From Trypanosoma brucei (Eukaryota), in NCBI GenBank assembly GCA_000002445.1, contig CH464491.1, positions 3,968,001-4,032,000 of the forward strand: a DNA stretch of 64,000 nt. Reading direction: 5' to 3'. Shown here piece after piece: positions 1-10,943 of this stretch (positions within the stretch are counted from its first letter, which is position 1; each line of letters starts with the position of its first letter). Below the pieces are notes generated by a model that saw nothing but the letters and a program-made list of their open reading frames with translations, searched no databases and was not told where the DNA came from. The position numbers were made by a program, and so were the translations under genes.

Positions 1-259
1 TTTCGCTCCTGCAGCACACGGTGGGGGAGCCGCTAATGGCTCCGGGCAACCACTTTCGGAAGAGGCGTTGTCTTTTTCCGAGGCGCCTTCCACACCTGCA
101 GAATCGGCGAAAGCTGATGGCACATCTGTGGGTTCGGGATGGTACGATTCCAAATTGGCACTCTTGTCAGAAGCCGCACCGAATGACTCACGGTCATGCG
201 TGCGAGCCGCTTCAGCACCATTGAGCGATTTGGGGCTGCCGCCACCATCAGATAACTGA
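1..259 (+). CDS. Possible 3' end of a plus-strand CDS running in from upstream of the window. It encodes a Ser/Ala/Pro-rich C-terminal tail with no recognisable domain.
   Basis: Frame 2 is open from nt 2 to a TAA/TGA stop near 257–259, 86 codons with no stop. It is G-rich at codon position 1 (RNY-like), and the S/A/P-rich peptide is typical of a disordered C-terminus. The overlapping minus-strand ORF 33..284 is Arg-rich, which is the usual look of an antisense artefact, and it starts at TTG. Confidence 0.25.
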   Translation, partial: FAPAAHGGGAANGSGQPLSEEALSFSEAPSTPAESAKADGTSVGSGWYDSKLALLSEAAPNDSRSCVRAASAPLSDLGLPPPSDN

Positions 260-614
260 CCAATGTTCGGCACCTCCTCGTCAAGGCGTTGGAACATGTA
301 CCTCCTTTTTCCCCCTTTGTTTAAAAATTTTTAAAAAAAAAAATAAGTATGTGATTTTTCCTTTGTCGTTGAAATATTATCTTACGTGGAACGGAACGGA
401 CGCCGACCTACAAGCAACTAAGAATAAAACTCAAAAAAAAACAATAAGTAAACGGGAGGAAGAGGAAGAGGAAACAGTGTACGAGCATTTTCTAGCATGT
501 GCGTCCGTACAAAAAAAAAATCCATTGTTTATTCTCCATTGTAACAAATTCTACAGATGCTCGTACAATGGCGAGCGCGACGAGAAAAAAGAGGGTCTCA
601 CACTGGCATCCACG

Positions 615-657
615 AACACACACACACACATGCATATATATATATATATATATATAT
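615..657. repeat. Compound microsatellite, (CA)8 followed by (TA)12
   Basis: Read directly: acacacacacacacac a tg c atatatatatatatatatatatat. Confidence 0.95.
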
Positions 658-1045
658 GCATAATGTTTAAAATCATGAAGAAGTATTACCATATGTAGGT
701 TGGCATTCACTTCGTAGGACTCACCTCCCTTCCAACTTGGGATGATGATTGAGTAAATCAGAAGGTGAGCCGAGTGCTCCGCTGTAAGATACACGGAGAA
801 GGAAGTGTTACTTCACAAAACACGAACCAACACAATGGGAGCCACACACACCAGCTCAGGGGTAAATCATTCTTCATACGCCTCCTCTCCCTCCTCTCCA
901 CCGTAGTTATGCCCTCTTCCACGTGACTAACGAACACATACGCACACACACATACAAACAAAACTCTATGCACTCCAACCTCCATCCATTTTTATTTATT
1001 TATTTATTTATTACACTGGTTCCCCCTACCACTGCCTCGTGGGCA

Positions 1046-1861
1046 CTAGCGGTCCTTGTGACTATTCTCCTTTGTTGAAGGGTGTGTTGAACGAAGATCC
1101 GTCACCGCATTCCACACGTAATCTACCAACTCTTCCACTGTATTAAAATTATTCGTTGCGATGGGGTCGCCGCAAGAAAAATACGCATGACCCACGTCCA
1201 TAAGAAACGAGTGCTTCGGCCAACAATCATCCGTTCCACTAATCGCAATGGGTACAATAGTTGCACCTTCTTCCTTTGCCAATGTGAAGAACCCCGGCCT
1301 GAACGGTTTCAATCCATTCTCAGGAGTGTCATTTCGAGCACCCTCAGGAAAAACAGCAAGCATGCGACCACGATGAATCTTAGCGCGGGCTGCCTCCATC
1401 ATTGGCGCAACAGTTCCCTTCACCGTTTCCAATCCCGCTTTTTTGTTCTTAAATTGTACGCAAAGATCATCCCCATTAGCCATGGCCCAACCACCAAAAG
1501 GAACACGGAAGAGGTCATTTTTTGCAACCCATGCGGCGTCACGTGGGAGCAATACACGAACCATAAGAAAAGGATCAGCACCACTGAGATGATTCATCAC
1601 CACAAGAACTTTTTTTTCCTGTACATTCGGGAAAGGTCGCAAAATAGTGCTCTTCCAGAATGGATTTAACGCGTCTAAGGACAAAAAGTTGGCGATTCGA
1701 AAGATCAGTGCACAACAATCGGCGCGTTGCTCGCTTGTCCAAAAGGGATAAGTGAAAGTAATGACAACCAACTGCAGAAGCCATGCTCCTATCCAACCGA
1801 TCAACATCAGGAGGAATAAATAAACTGTTGCAAGGCAACGAACCGCGTAGTTGGCTCCCAT
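1046..1861 (-). CDS. Lysophospholipid (1-acyl-sn-glycerol-3-phosphate) acyltransferase, PlsC/LPLAT family
   Basis: A true ATG sits at 1859-1861. The acyltransferase motif I (NHxxxxD) is present as 'VMNHLSGADPF', and motif III (FPEGTR) as 'FPEGARN'. The N-terminus has hydrophobic transmembrane segments. Confidence 0.8.
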   Translation of the reverse strand: MGANYAVRCLATVYLFLLMLIGWIGAWLLQLVVITFTYPFWTSEQRADCCALIFRIANFLSLDALNPFWKSTILRPFPNVQEKKVLVVMNHLSGADPFLMVRVLLPRDAAWVAKNDLFRVPFGGWAMANGDDLCVQFKNKKAGLETVKGTVAPMMEAARAKIHRGRMLAVFPEGARNDTPENGLKPFRPGFFTLAKEEGATIVPIAISGTDDCWPKHSFLMDVGHAYFSCGDPIATNNFNTVEELVDYVWNAVTDLRSTHPSTKENSHKDR

Positions 1862-3118
1862 AGCTTCTCTTTTTTTTTCTTTTTTTTCTTTTTTTTTGTT
1901 TTATGTGTGTTGCTATTACCGTTTCCGCTAGAGGTTGGTTGGAGTCGGTGCCACTGATCTTGGTCTTGATATTTATTTATTTATTTATTCGTTTTCTGTG
2001 CGATCACTTGTACCGCTTACTTTTTTTTTTTTTGATGTTGTTGTTTTTGTTTAAGTTTCTCCACGTGTATTTTAACCAGCACCTCACTGTAAGCACCGGT
2101 TGGAATGCCCCAAGCTAAAAAGTGTCAACTCCTCAAGCCTCGCTAGTGCGATAAATAAACTTATTTTTTTTTCTTTTCCTTTGTTTCTTCCGTATGTTTG
2201 TGTTGTGTCTTACCTTTAATGAACTGATTTGATTTTTTGTTTTCTTGTGAAGTTCATAAAATGGAAGAAAGTACGAAAGAAATATTCCGAGAGGGACAAA
2301 AAAAGCAGAATGAAATCACTTTTTTTTTTAAAAAAAAAAGAAAGAAAAAAAAAGGATATAAAAGCGCAGGGTTTTGGACAAAGGGTAAAAGCACCAAGAA
2401 AGGAAGGTAATATGGGGAGAAATAAATACATTTCATGACGCTGCAAAGTATGACTACTACATACACAAAAAAGTTTTCGAAAGGAAAAGAAAAAAACAAA
2501 TGGGGGTAATGACGAATTATTTCTTTTTTGTTTGTTCGTTTGTTTGTTTGTCTCATGACTGCTTCCTTTTTTGTTTTCTTCTTCTTTACTGTTGTTGTTG
2601 TCGTTTACAGCTCTGTCTTCTTTGATCAAAAATGAAAAAAAAAATAATAATAAGTGCTCATAAGCATCTGCTAGAGGTGTATAAGAAAAAACGTACAAAA
2701 TATATGTATATATATATATATATATTTAAATACTTTTTATATTTCGGAAACGCGATGCGCGCGTAAATAGAAGGAAAAAAAGTAAAAAAAAGACGAGGAG
2801 AGAACGGGAGGGAGAAAAAAAAAACAAGATCGAAACTAGAAAAAAGTAAGGCTGAAACGAAAGGATTTGACGCTGATTTGTTTCATATAAATCACGTACC
2901 TGTTTCTGATTTATAGTTGTGGGAATTCGTTTTGTGAGGCATAATTTGAAGAAGGTCAAAGCGAGCGGGTGAGTGAGTGGAGAGGTGTGTGTGTGTGTGA
3001 GGGGGGAGAAGAGATATATAAAAAAAGAAAAAAAGAAAAAAACACCCCCACACCTGGTTTGTATCACAACAACGTTAAGTTTTTTTTAAAAAAAAAGAAA
3101 AAAATGAAAAAGGGGGCA

Positions 3119-3166
3119 TATATATATATATATATACATACATACATACATACATACACATACACT
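3119..3166. repeat. Compound microsatellite, (TA)n followed by (TACA)n
   Basis: Read directly: atatatatatatatatatacatacatacatacatacatacacatacac. It sits in a 3.3-kb low-complexity intergenic region (1862-5153). Confidence 0.95.
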
Positions 3167-5153
3167 TATATATTTATATATTTATATAAATATGAAGTTG
3201 TTTCATCACTTTCCCCACACATACACACACTCCTCTCCCCCTCCCCCCTCTTCCCATCATTCGTCATTGCTCCCTCAGCAACAGAGGGTCAATCGCTTTA
3301 AGAAAGAAAAACAAAACAAAACAAAAGCACCATCAAAAAAAAAACGAAGAAGCAAATTATGCAAGTCACAAGCGTTCGAAAAAAACAAACGTAAATATGA
3401 ACTTGCGTCTTACTTCTTGTCGCTGGCACCACCGTTACGTCTTCTTTCTTTTTTTTTCTTCCGTTTTTTTTCTTTCCTCTCTCTCATCGATTGTCGAATC
3501 ACCCGCCCCGGAAACGAGGAAAACATACACAACAACAACAATAATAATTATTATTATTATTATTAAATAATAGGGGGAAAAAAGAGGGAAAAAGCTAACA
3601 ACGAAAAACAAAACGCACGCACTCGCAAGACACATCTATGCAAGTGACAATGAAATTTCTATTAGAGATGAACTGAAAAACATCTATCCAATTGTTCAAT
3701 CACTCTTCTTCTTTTTCTTCTTCTTTTCCTTTCCTCTTATATGCAGACAAGTACATAACACATACGCGTACATAAATGTAAATACATTCATAGATCATAA
3801 CCGTTTGCTCATACGATCAGAAATATATATTTGTCTTCATGTTAGTATTTGTTTATTTACGTGTAAAGATATATATATATATATAACAGAAACAAGAAAA
3901 CAATAAGTAAATAGATATAAACCAAAATGGTCACAACCTCACTTACACCTTCTCATCCATTTATGCTTTCGCGATATTTTAGCAACGATGTTGTGATTTG
4001 TCATGTTTCATTTATCTCACGTTTTGCAGATATTCATTTATTTATATGTTATTTTGCATTTTGCTTCTCTCTTTTTTTTTCTTTTTCCTTTTTTATTTTT
4101 CTTTTTTCTCTTGCCTCCCCTTTTCTCTCCATTTTCTCTTATTATCTCTAAATTTCTTCAACATCCACAGGCATTTCTCCACCACCTCTCTTGTCTCCAC
4201 CCCTTCCTTACAATCAACTGACTGTGGAGTGCAGCAAACTTTAGAAGGGAAAAAAACAATAATAATAATAACACGCCACATCATTCCTCCTTTCAATTCT
4301 TTTTTCATCGTTTTCTCTTTCTTTTCTTTTCTTTTCTTTATCTCAGTCATTCATTTTATTTATACTTTAACATAGTTTTCTCTGATTATTTTTTATTTGG
4401 TATTATTTTGTATATTTACACATTTTATTCATATATCCACTGGCGGCCGACATTTATGTTGCTTTTGTTGAGATTCGAGACTGTTCTTTTTCCTTTGTAA
4501 TAATACAAATTTTGTGACAAAAAAATCAGTGTTACTGTTGTTGTTGTTCCTATTATTATTATAATATATATTATTATATATATACAAAACAATTGGTTTA
4601 CGAAACATATACACATATATTTTTAAAAAAAAGAAATAAAATATATGGTAGATGAAGAAAAAAAATTAACTAAAAAGAAGTGAATGACTGAGCGTATGAA
4701 GGATATGATGCCCAACGGAAGGAAAAATGGTAGAGGGAAATAAGGAAAAGGAATGAGGATACGAAGAGAACAAAAAAAATTCATAAGTCATACAATCCCT
4801 GAAATATATATATATATTTTTATTTATTTACACAACTTGCAATGCGTACCGATGAATAATAACAATAACAATATAATCGAAAAAGATTACCTACAGGTGG
4901 AAAATAACACCCCCCCCCCTCCCCCTTCACTCACCAGGACACCTCTGCTGATGAAACTGCTTGAGAGATTTTGTGATAAGTGTGAGCAAGCTCAAAAAAA
5001 AAAAAATGAACACAGTGAAAGAAAGGGATATGCAACTAATTTATTGGGGGAGGGGGGTTCCGGGAGACATGCCGTCACATCCACACAAAATGCATAGGAA
5101 ACGCTTCCACCCCACACCTCACACCCATCCCTTTGTGTATGCTGGCATTACAA

Positions 5154-6284
5154 TTACTCCTCCTGTTCTTCAAGTTCATATACGCCCACATCACACCCGT
5201 CAAGTACTCCTTCTTCTTCATCTTCATCTTCATCCTCATCATCATCTACGCATGGATTGGCCAATATTTCACGAATGCTTCGGCCGTACCCCTTTTTTTT
5301 TACGTTCTCGACGGCAAGTCGGTACTGTTTGAGCGCATCACCAGCCTTTTGTGGGTCTACAGCCGCCTGTGACTTTCCATTGAAGGTTATGGGAACATCC
5401 TGCATACATTTGGAGGGTGAAGGCGCTTGAACTATGCGGGCCGCAGGGCTGCTGGTGCGAGCGCAAAAAGTCACTGGACAACTCCTCGACCGAGTTTGTA
5501 ACGACCCATAGCTATTACGAGACACAATTACTTCCCTCACAGCAAAGTTACCACTCAAGTTGGCAACTCTTTCGAGTCCTTTGCATGGAAGATTGTGGCT
5601 GCTGGACACCCCCACCTTCTGATCGACTCTCAATGGCGTTGTGCGTAGCGAACACGGGCGTTGTTGAACATGAGTCCTAGTTGCAGCAACATGATCAGAG
5701 GTCCAGAGCGAAAGAACATCTATATCCTCATGATTTACGTGGGACGGGGGTTGAACGGGTATACATTCTGCGGAAACTCCATAATCCACCATTGTCCTAT
5801 CTGAAGCAGTGGAGGACGACACTACTGGATGGTTGGAGCCACGGCGGTCCATTTGCAAACCTCTCAAGCGTACATCCTTCCTCAGTAAACTACCAGCAAG
5901 TGAGGGAATACTTGGGGTAGCGGCAGCGCATCTCCCAACCGAAGATGATGTTGCCCCCGGAGGAGGATGATGCGCCGTCGTGGAGCCGCCATAAGATTCC
6001 GGACTTGCATCCAACCAACTGACGCTTGTTGCCTCTACTAGAAGGGGCATGGCTGCGGGTATAACTCGGTTCATTTCCCTCATCTCGGCATCGCTGAAGA
6101 AACTCCCGGCCAAAATCGGTGGCACCTCATCTGCAATCCCCCTCGGCGAACTCCAGTGGTCCATTCCGCTCGAGGTTTCATTAGTTCGGCACCGGTCACT
6201 ACCCCGTGGGCTGTGTGTTGGTGTGCTGCTCTCAGAATAACGGGCGTAACCGGGCCTGCCGACGTCGTTGGTACCATAAAACAT
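5154..6284 (-). CDS. Hypothetical protein. It is rich in Ser/Thr/Pro and ends in an acidic tail (DDDEDEDEDEEE).
   Basis: The ORF-track start at 6305 is GTG. The first ATG is at 6282-6284 (MFYGTNDV…), and the frame then stays open for 377 codons. I recognise no domain. Confidence 0.5.
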   Translation of the reverse strand: MFYGTNDVGRPGYARYSESSTPTHSPRGSDRCRTNETSSGMDHWSSPRGIADEVPPILAGSFFSDAEMREMNRVIPAAMPLLVEATSVSWLDASPESYGGSTTAHHPPPGATSSSVGRCAAATPSIPSLAGSLLRKDVRLRGLQMDRRGSNHPVVSSSTASDRTMVDYGVSAECIPVQPPSHVNHEDIDVLSLWTSDHVAATRTHVQQRPCSLRTTPLRVDQKVGVSSSHNLPCKGLERVANLSGNFAVREVIVSRNSYGSLQTRSRSCPVTFCARTSSPAARIVQAPSPSKCMQDVPITFNGKSQAAVDPQKAGDALKQYRLAVENVKKKGYGRSIREILANPCVDDDEDEDEDEEEGVLDGCDVGVYELEEQEE

Positions 6285-6843
6285 TTGTACTTGAACCTCA
6301 GGCACACAAACTCAGAACAATACCTACAACAAATGTAACGGTACCACAATGAACAAAAAGGGGGAAATGGGCGAAAGAGAGAGAGAAAGATAGAGATGAT
6401 CTTTCGAATAGGCTACAGCCAGCCTCAGATTCACGCGCGTGCTCACAAGTAAGCCACGATTGAATTAATGGGAAGCAGATTGCACTAATGAAAAAAAAAA
6501 AAACGCAAACCACACAGCACAAGAAACCTCGAAAACGCAATGGATCTTCTCGGGGAACTTTCATCTACCGGTGAGCAATCATCGAGTTACGAAACTCAAG
6601 TGAGAAACCAAACCGTAAATCTCGTACGTTACCCCTCCTCCTGCCAACACAAATACACCAAACTACCGTGTCACACTAATGGCTCAAGGGTAAGCCAACA
6701 ACATCGTTCAATTCACCGCACAGACGAAATTACCGAAACAGACCCGTTTCGCAGTAATTATATGTAAAGACGTCGAAAAGCTATCATGAAAACTTCATCA
6801 AACGGCTATTAGAGCCCTTTACCACTACCTGCGTGATCTCCTG

Positions 6844-7638
6844 TCATACTCCGTTACACTCGCTAACCACTTGCTCTTCTTCCTCACTAGTTTCTTCATC
6901 GACCTTCCCCAACTCTTCGTCTGTTTCTTCACCGCAATCATCAGACGAGCTGCTGTTTTCTTCAGTATTTACTTCCCACGCATGTCTATTTTTGAGTTTA
7001 CCCCTCTTCACGTTGAGTGGACCAACATCCGAGAGATCAACATTGTCAAAATCCATTTCCCTTTGCGCAGTACTTCTCCTCTTCTCTGCTTCCACGTGCT
7101 GCTCCTGAAACTCAAGCACCTCAGCCGCATTACGGCACCCCCGGTACCCTTCCAGAAGTTCCGCGTTGATATCAAAGAAACTTGCACCCCATGAGAAATA
7201 CGACATGACAGCTCTTGCATCATCCATACGATCAGCGATAGCTAACGCTGCAGCGAGTGCCTCTGCGCAGTTTAGTTCTTGCGGCCGACCATAATTCACG
7301 GGGTTGGCTGCCACTAGGAACGGAAGCAGGCGTGGGGCGCCCATCTTCATCTGACGCCATGGCACGGCATCCAACTGATTCCACGAGCAATCAACAACAG
7401 CCACTCCAAGCTGTGCAATCAAACCCGCGTCTGCTGGGCTCAATGTTTCTACAGCTGTTGGTGTAAGAACTACACCTCGGAAAGGCTCTCGCAACTTCAG
7501 CAACCGCAGCGCATTCCGGCGATGTAGCCGGCGGCCAGAACAGGCGTTGGGGTCGCACTGCTCAAAATCCCACATGGCAAGTGGTACACTACAACGGCTC
7601 CCTTCCGCATCACATCGCGGCCCTTTGGACTTCCCCAT
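6844..7638 (-). CDS. TSR3: Tsr3-family 18S rRNA aminocarboxypropyltransferase (DUF367/RLI-N domain), a ribosome biogenesis protein
   Basis: ATG at 7636-7638. The N-terminal 'LAMWDFEQCDPNACSGRRL' matches the conserved Tsr3 signature (…W D x x x C D P x x C S/T G R K L…). The C-terminus is an acidic S/E-rich tail, typical of eukaryotic Tsr3. Confidence 0.75.
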   Translation of the reverse strand: MGKSKGPRCDAEGSRCSVPLAMWDFEQCDPNACSGRRLHRRNALRLLKLREPFRGVVLTPTAVETLSPADAGLIAQLGVAVVDCSWNQLDAVPWRQMKMGAPRLLPFLVAANPVNYGRPQELNCAEALAAALAIADRMDDARAVMSYFSWGASFFDINAELLEGYRGCRNAAEVLEFQEQHVEAEKRRSTAQREMDFDNVDLSDVGPLNVKRGKLKNRHAWEVNTEENSSSSDDCGEETDEELGKVDEETSEEEEQVVSECNGV

Positions 7639-8052
7639 ATGAGTAATGTCTGCTAGTGGTGGGAGTAGCCGTGGGATTTTTACCCTCTAACATGAAGAGG
7701 GGAAAAAGAACAATAACACACACACAAAAAAAAAAAGCAATAAGCGTAGTAAGAGAAGTGCATATATATATATTGCTTTGAATAAGTGGTTTTCATCACA
7801 AATTCTGTGCGTGTGCATGCATGCTTGTGCATAACGTAATCAGTGAATTTTGAAGAAAAATAAAAGTTTAACGGTGGTGAAGTGTTCAATACCGCATGTC
7901 AGACGAATCGCGGAGCCTGCAAGGGTGAAACTCATGAAGGTCCACCTGTTATCCTTTAAAATACTTTATTGTCGCAGCGGCACACAGGGTGGCAACTACT
8001 TTCGGGGCAACGTGCGCACGAGCAGAGATCCAATAGTGAAACAATGATTTCA

Positions 8053-8388
8053 TCAGTACTTCTTCCTCAAATGTTTGACCTTGCTTTGCTCAACTGAAGC
8101 TGCATCTGGCCTGGACCCCAACTTCGTGTTCGAGTCAGTGCTGACGGTTTTGGTGGATTCCTCGGCCCGTTTACCTTCAGACGCTGAAATGCCCACTTCT
8201 TTACGCTCCCGCTTCACATCACCTCCAGCGAGGTTATCAAGTGCCTCGCCGAAGAGTTCTCCCTCATTTCGCTCCCGGCGATCGCGTTTTGCCCTCTTGC
8301 GCTTTGCTAAGTACTCATCCCGTTCCCTTTCTAAACGTAGTAAATACTCGACTTGTTTCTGGCGCTTCACACGATGTTTCTTCGCCAT
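8053..8388 (-). CDS. Small, highly basic Lys/Arg-rich coiled-coil protein (111 aa), possibly nucleolar or involved in ribosome biogenesis
   Basis: ATG at 8386-8388 (MAKKHRVKRQKQ…). The sequence is dense in K/R/E with heptad-like spacing. No specific family recognised. Confidence 0.45.
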   Translation of the reverse strand: MAKKHRVKRQKQVEYLLRLERERDEYLAKRKRAKRDRRERNEGELFGEALDNLAGGDVKRERKEVGISASEGKRAEESTKTVSTDSNTKLGSRPDAASVEQSKVKHLRKKY

Positions 8389-8839
8389 ACCTGACTGTTT
8401 TAACCAGTCGAATCGTCTTCACCACAGGCTAACACGCACGAGTGGTACCTAAAAAAAAAACCAAAAAAAGATTTGGAAGACGGATAGGTACCACAAGAAT
8501 ACGGAGAGAACACTCACCTCGCGTACCGACAAATACACTAAAACATCATTTCACATCCGCCACAGTGGGTAAAGGAGTTCAAGATAGAAGGACACAGAGG
8601 TGAAAAAGCATCTACTAACAACATCACAACGAAGAGTCTGCACGGTAAACTCCATCATCTCGCTATACATTTATAAGGAATAAAATCACAGGAAAGCAGA
8701 AGAGCAGGGGAAATACGACGGCTAGTATCCTGCCTGGCCAACCGTTTTTCGCCAATAACTAACCCTTTCGTCAGCACTGACCACAACATAATGAACAATA
8801 CGCGTTGTATCCTTCCCATCATGATAAATAGAAATTTCC

Positions 8840-10888
8840 CTAGGCACGGAAGAACTCGTCATCCTGTTCGGGGTCTCTCGGTGCTGGGTTGTTTGGATCC
8901 ACCTCAGTGCGGCGGAGCGCGTTGGCTGGGGGTCTCGACCGCCACATTATGGGTTTGCCCCGATACTTCACCACTGTGGCCTGTGAACGCTCAAGAGCAC
9001 GTTGGTTGCGCTCCTCACGCTCCGCTAGCTGTTTAGCCAAGTGAAGTACACGAGCTGCATGTCGGCGCTCCTTATCACGAGTTTTCAAGACGGACATGAT
9101 CAGTGACTGCTCTACGCCATTCTTTGGGTCTGTGATGTACCGGTGGTACTCATCTACTTTATTTTCAATAATGGTAAGCATCTCCACTGGCCCCATGTTA
9201 GCACTTGTCTCACTTTCAGCTTGCGTGCCAGTTGGACCAGTGGCACCCGGTGCAACAGCCGATGCGGTCTGGCCTTTCTTCTTACCTTTAGCTGCATTCT
9301 TTTTATCGAGTGCTGGACCTCTATTTGCCACAACAGCAGAATGCTTCCGCTTTCCTGAAGGATGCACTGGGGAGTTCCCGCCATCAACACCATCTTGATG
9401 CCGCGAAGGGTTGGTAGGTCTTTGATTGATGCAGCGAAAAATATCACCTACCGTCTGTTCAATGCTTTTCTTTAGCACTTCTTGTGTCATGGCAACTTTC
9501 ACCGTCTTTGCATAACCCGCTACACCGCGTCCACCTGCACTATCGACCATCGACAGCCCGGCAGCGTCACTGCTTTCTAAATCTACCAGCCGTTCCTCCA
9601 ATTGGGCTAGACGATCTTGGGATTCCTTGATACGAGATACAAGTGAATCCATCTGGGTTTGCCTTTGCTTCACCATCGCATCCATTTCCTCCCGCTCGTG
9701 CAGGAACTCCATGGCAACACGTTCCAACTCCTCCTCCAACTCTTGACTGTTTTGAATAAGGAACAAATTTCCCTCTTCAACATTAATGAAGATGTCAAGA
9801 ATTTGCTCTGGCTCCGTAAAATACATGGGAATTTTATCGTGTGGGTAACTGTTGTGCAGCGCCTCACGAACCTCTTCAGCGGTGAGGGCGCTGATTTCAT
9901 TTCGAATGACTTCCACCTCCTCCGCCTGTCGTCGGTTCGCCTCCTCTTCGAACCTCCGGTGCAGTCCCTCCAACTGAGTCTCAAGGGGAATTAACTCCTC
10001 CTCCTCCTCGTCTTCTTTATTGCTATCATCCATATCATCAAATATAGCGTTGTTGTTCGAGTTTTTCTCAGCCTCTCTTGATGCACGCCGCGCTTCCGCT
10101 TCTTCGTACTGCTTCCTCAACTTTCTGGCCTGCCGGGCATACGCCGCTTCAGTCTCTTGCAATATTTTACCGTTGATTTCCTTGACGCGGAAGTTGGTCA
10201 GCACATCAAAAAAGAACTGAGGTGGCGTGAGGTTGTCCATAAATGTTTTATACTCCATACAGAGCTCCAGTTGCACCTCCGTTTTGCGCATATCTTGCTC
10301 TAAGTGATTTATTTGTGCCGAAAGCTTCTTAATATCAATGAGTCGTTTCTGTTTGGCCTTACTCTCACGTTCCGCCCGGCGCACGGCAGCGTCTTGTTCC
10401 AAGTTACTGTATTTGAGAAAGTTATTAAACTTCTCCTCCGTACTGGCAAGCTGCTCCTGTTGCTGGCGAAGTTTCTTGTCAACGCGGTCCATCTCCTCCT
10501 CAAGGTGCCGTATTTCCGACTCCTTATTTGCCAGGGCCAACCGCATCAGACCAACCTCTCTTTTTTTGGCAATAAATGTTCCTGTGTTGTGCATCTCCCT
10601 AATCTCCACCGTGTGCTGACCACTTTTATTGAGGTGCGATGGAGCAGAACCTGTAGTGGCATTCTCACGCTGCGTGAGCAGTTGCTTCACGGGGTTTTTT
10701 ACATTCGGCTGGCCGGTTAAGATGGCGAGATCTGCTGCCATTTTGGCATCGCCCTGTTTGATATCCTGCGCAACTGTAACCTCATGCTCATTAATCGTAC
10801 CGGGAAGGTCTCCGCCGCCGCCACCGCTGCTTCTTAAGGGTTCCTTAAAGGGATTACTCGCTAGAAGTGGAGACTTCTGGAAAGACAT
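8840..10888 (-). CDS. Hypothetical coiled-coil protein (~683 aa)
   Basis: The ORF-track start (GTG at 11014) runs through a (TA)n microsatellite, translated as 'IYIYIYIY'. The first ATG after the repeat is at 10886-10888 (MSFQKSPLL…). The protein has long E/K/Q/L-rich heptad regions (…LEQDMRKTEVQLELCMEY…, …QLEERLVDLESS…). Confidence 0.6.
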   Translation of the reverse strand: MSFQKSPLLASNPFKEPLRSSGGGGGDLPGTINEHEVTVAQDIKQGDAKMAADLAILTGQPNVKNPVKQLLTQRENATTGSAPSHLNKSGQHTVEIREMHNTGTFIAKKREVGLMRLALANKESEIRHLEEEMDRVDKKLRQQQEQLASTEEKFNNFLKYSNLEQDAAVRRAERESKAKQKRLIDIKKLSAQINHLEQDMRKTEVQLELCMEYKTFMDNLTPPQFFFDVLTNFRVKEINGKILQETEAAYARQARKLRKQYEEAEARRASREAEKNSNNNAIFDDMDDSNKEDEEEEELIPLETQLEGLHRRFEEEANRRQAEEVEVIRNEISALTAEEVREALHNSYPHDKIPMYFTEPEQILDIFINVEEGNLFLIQNSQELEEELERVAMEFLHEREEMDAMVKQRQTQMDSLVSRIKESQDRLAQLEERLVDLESSDAAGLSMVDSAGGRGVAGYAKTVKVAMTQEVLKKSIEQTVGDIFRCINQRPTNPSRHQDGVDGGNSPVHPSGKRKHSAVVANRGPALDKKNAAKGKKKGQTASAVAPGATGPTGTQAESETSANMGPVEMLTIIENKVDEYHRYITDPKNGVEQSLIMSVLKTRDKERRHAARVLHLAKQLAEREERNQRALERSQATVVKYRGKPIMWRSRPPANALRRTEVDPNNPAPRDPEQDDEFFRA

Positions 10889-10915
10889 GCGGTCGTAGGC
10901 CTTTCTACTCGTTCC

Positions 10916-10943
10916 ATATATATATATATATATATATATATAT
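10916..10943. repeat. (TA)14 microsatellite in the 5'UTR region of the coiled-coil gene
   Basis: Read directly. It produces the artefactual 'IYIYIYIY' in the ORF-track translation. Confidence 0.95.

Noticed and set aside
33-284. 83-aa minus-strand ORF at the left edge
   Set aside because: It starts with TTG, it is Arg-rich (typical antisense translation of a Ser/Ala-rich coding frame), and it is fully overlapped by a plus-strand frame that is open to the window edge. It is kept only as an alternative in the strand-switch finding.
2216-4375. Several 100-160-aa ORFs on both strands (2216-2698, 2969-3301, 3192-3566, 3998-4375, 4093-4350)
   Set aside because: They are translations of homopolymer, microsatellite or TC-rich tracts (poly-F, poly-K, YIYIYI, NNNNN). 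They lie within a low-complexity intergenic region and have no coding-like periodicity.
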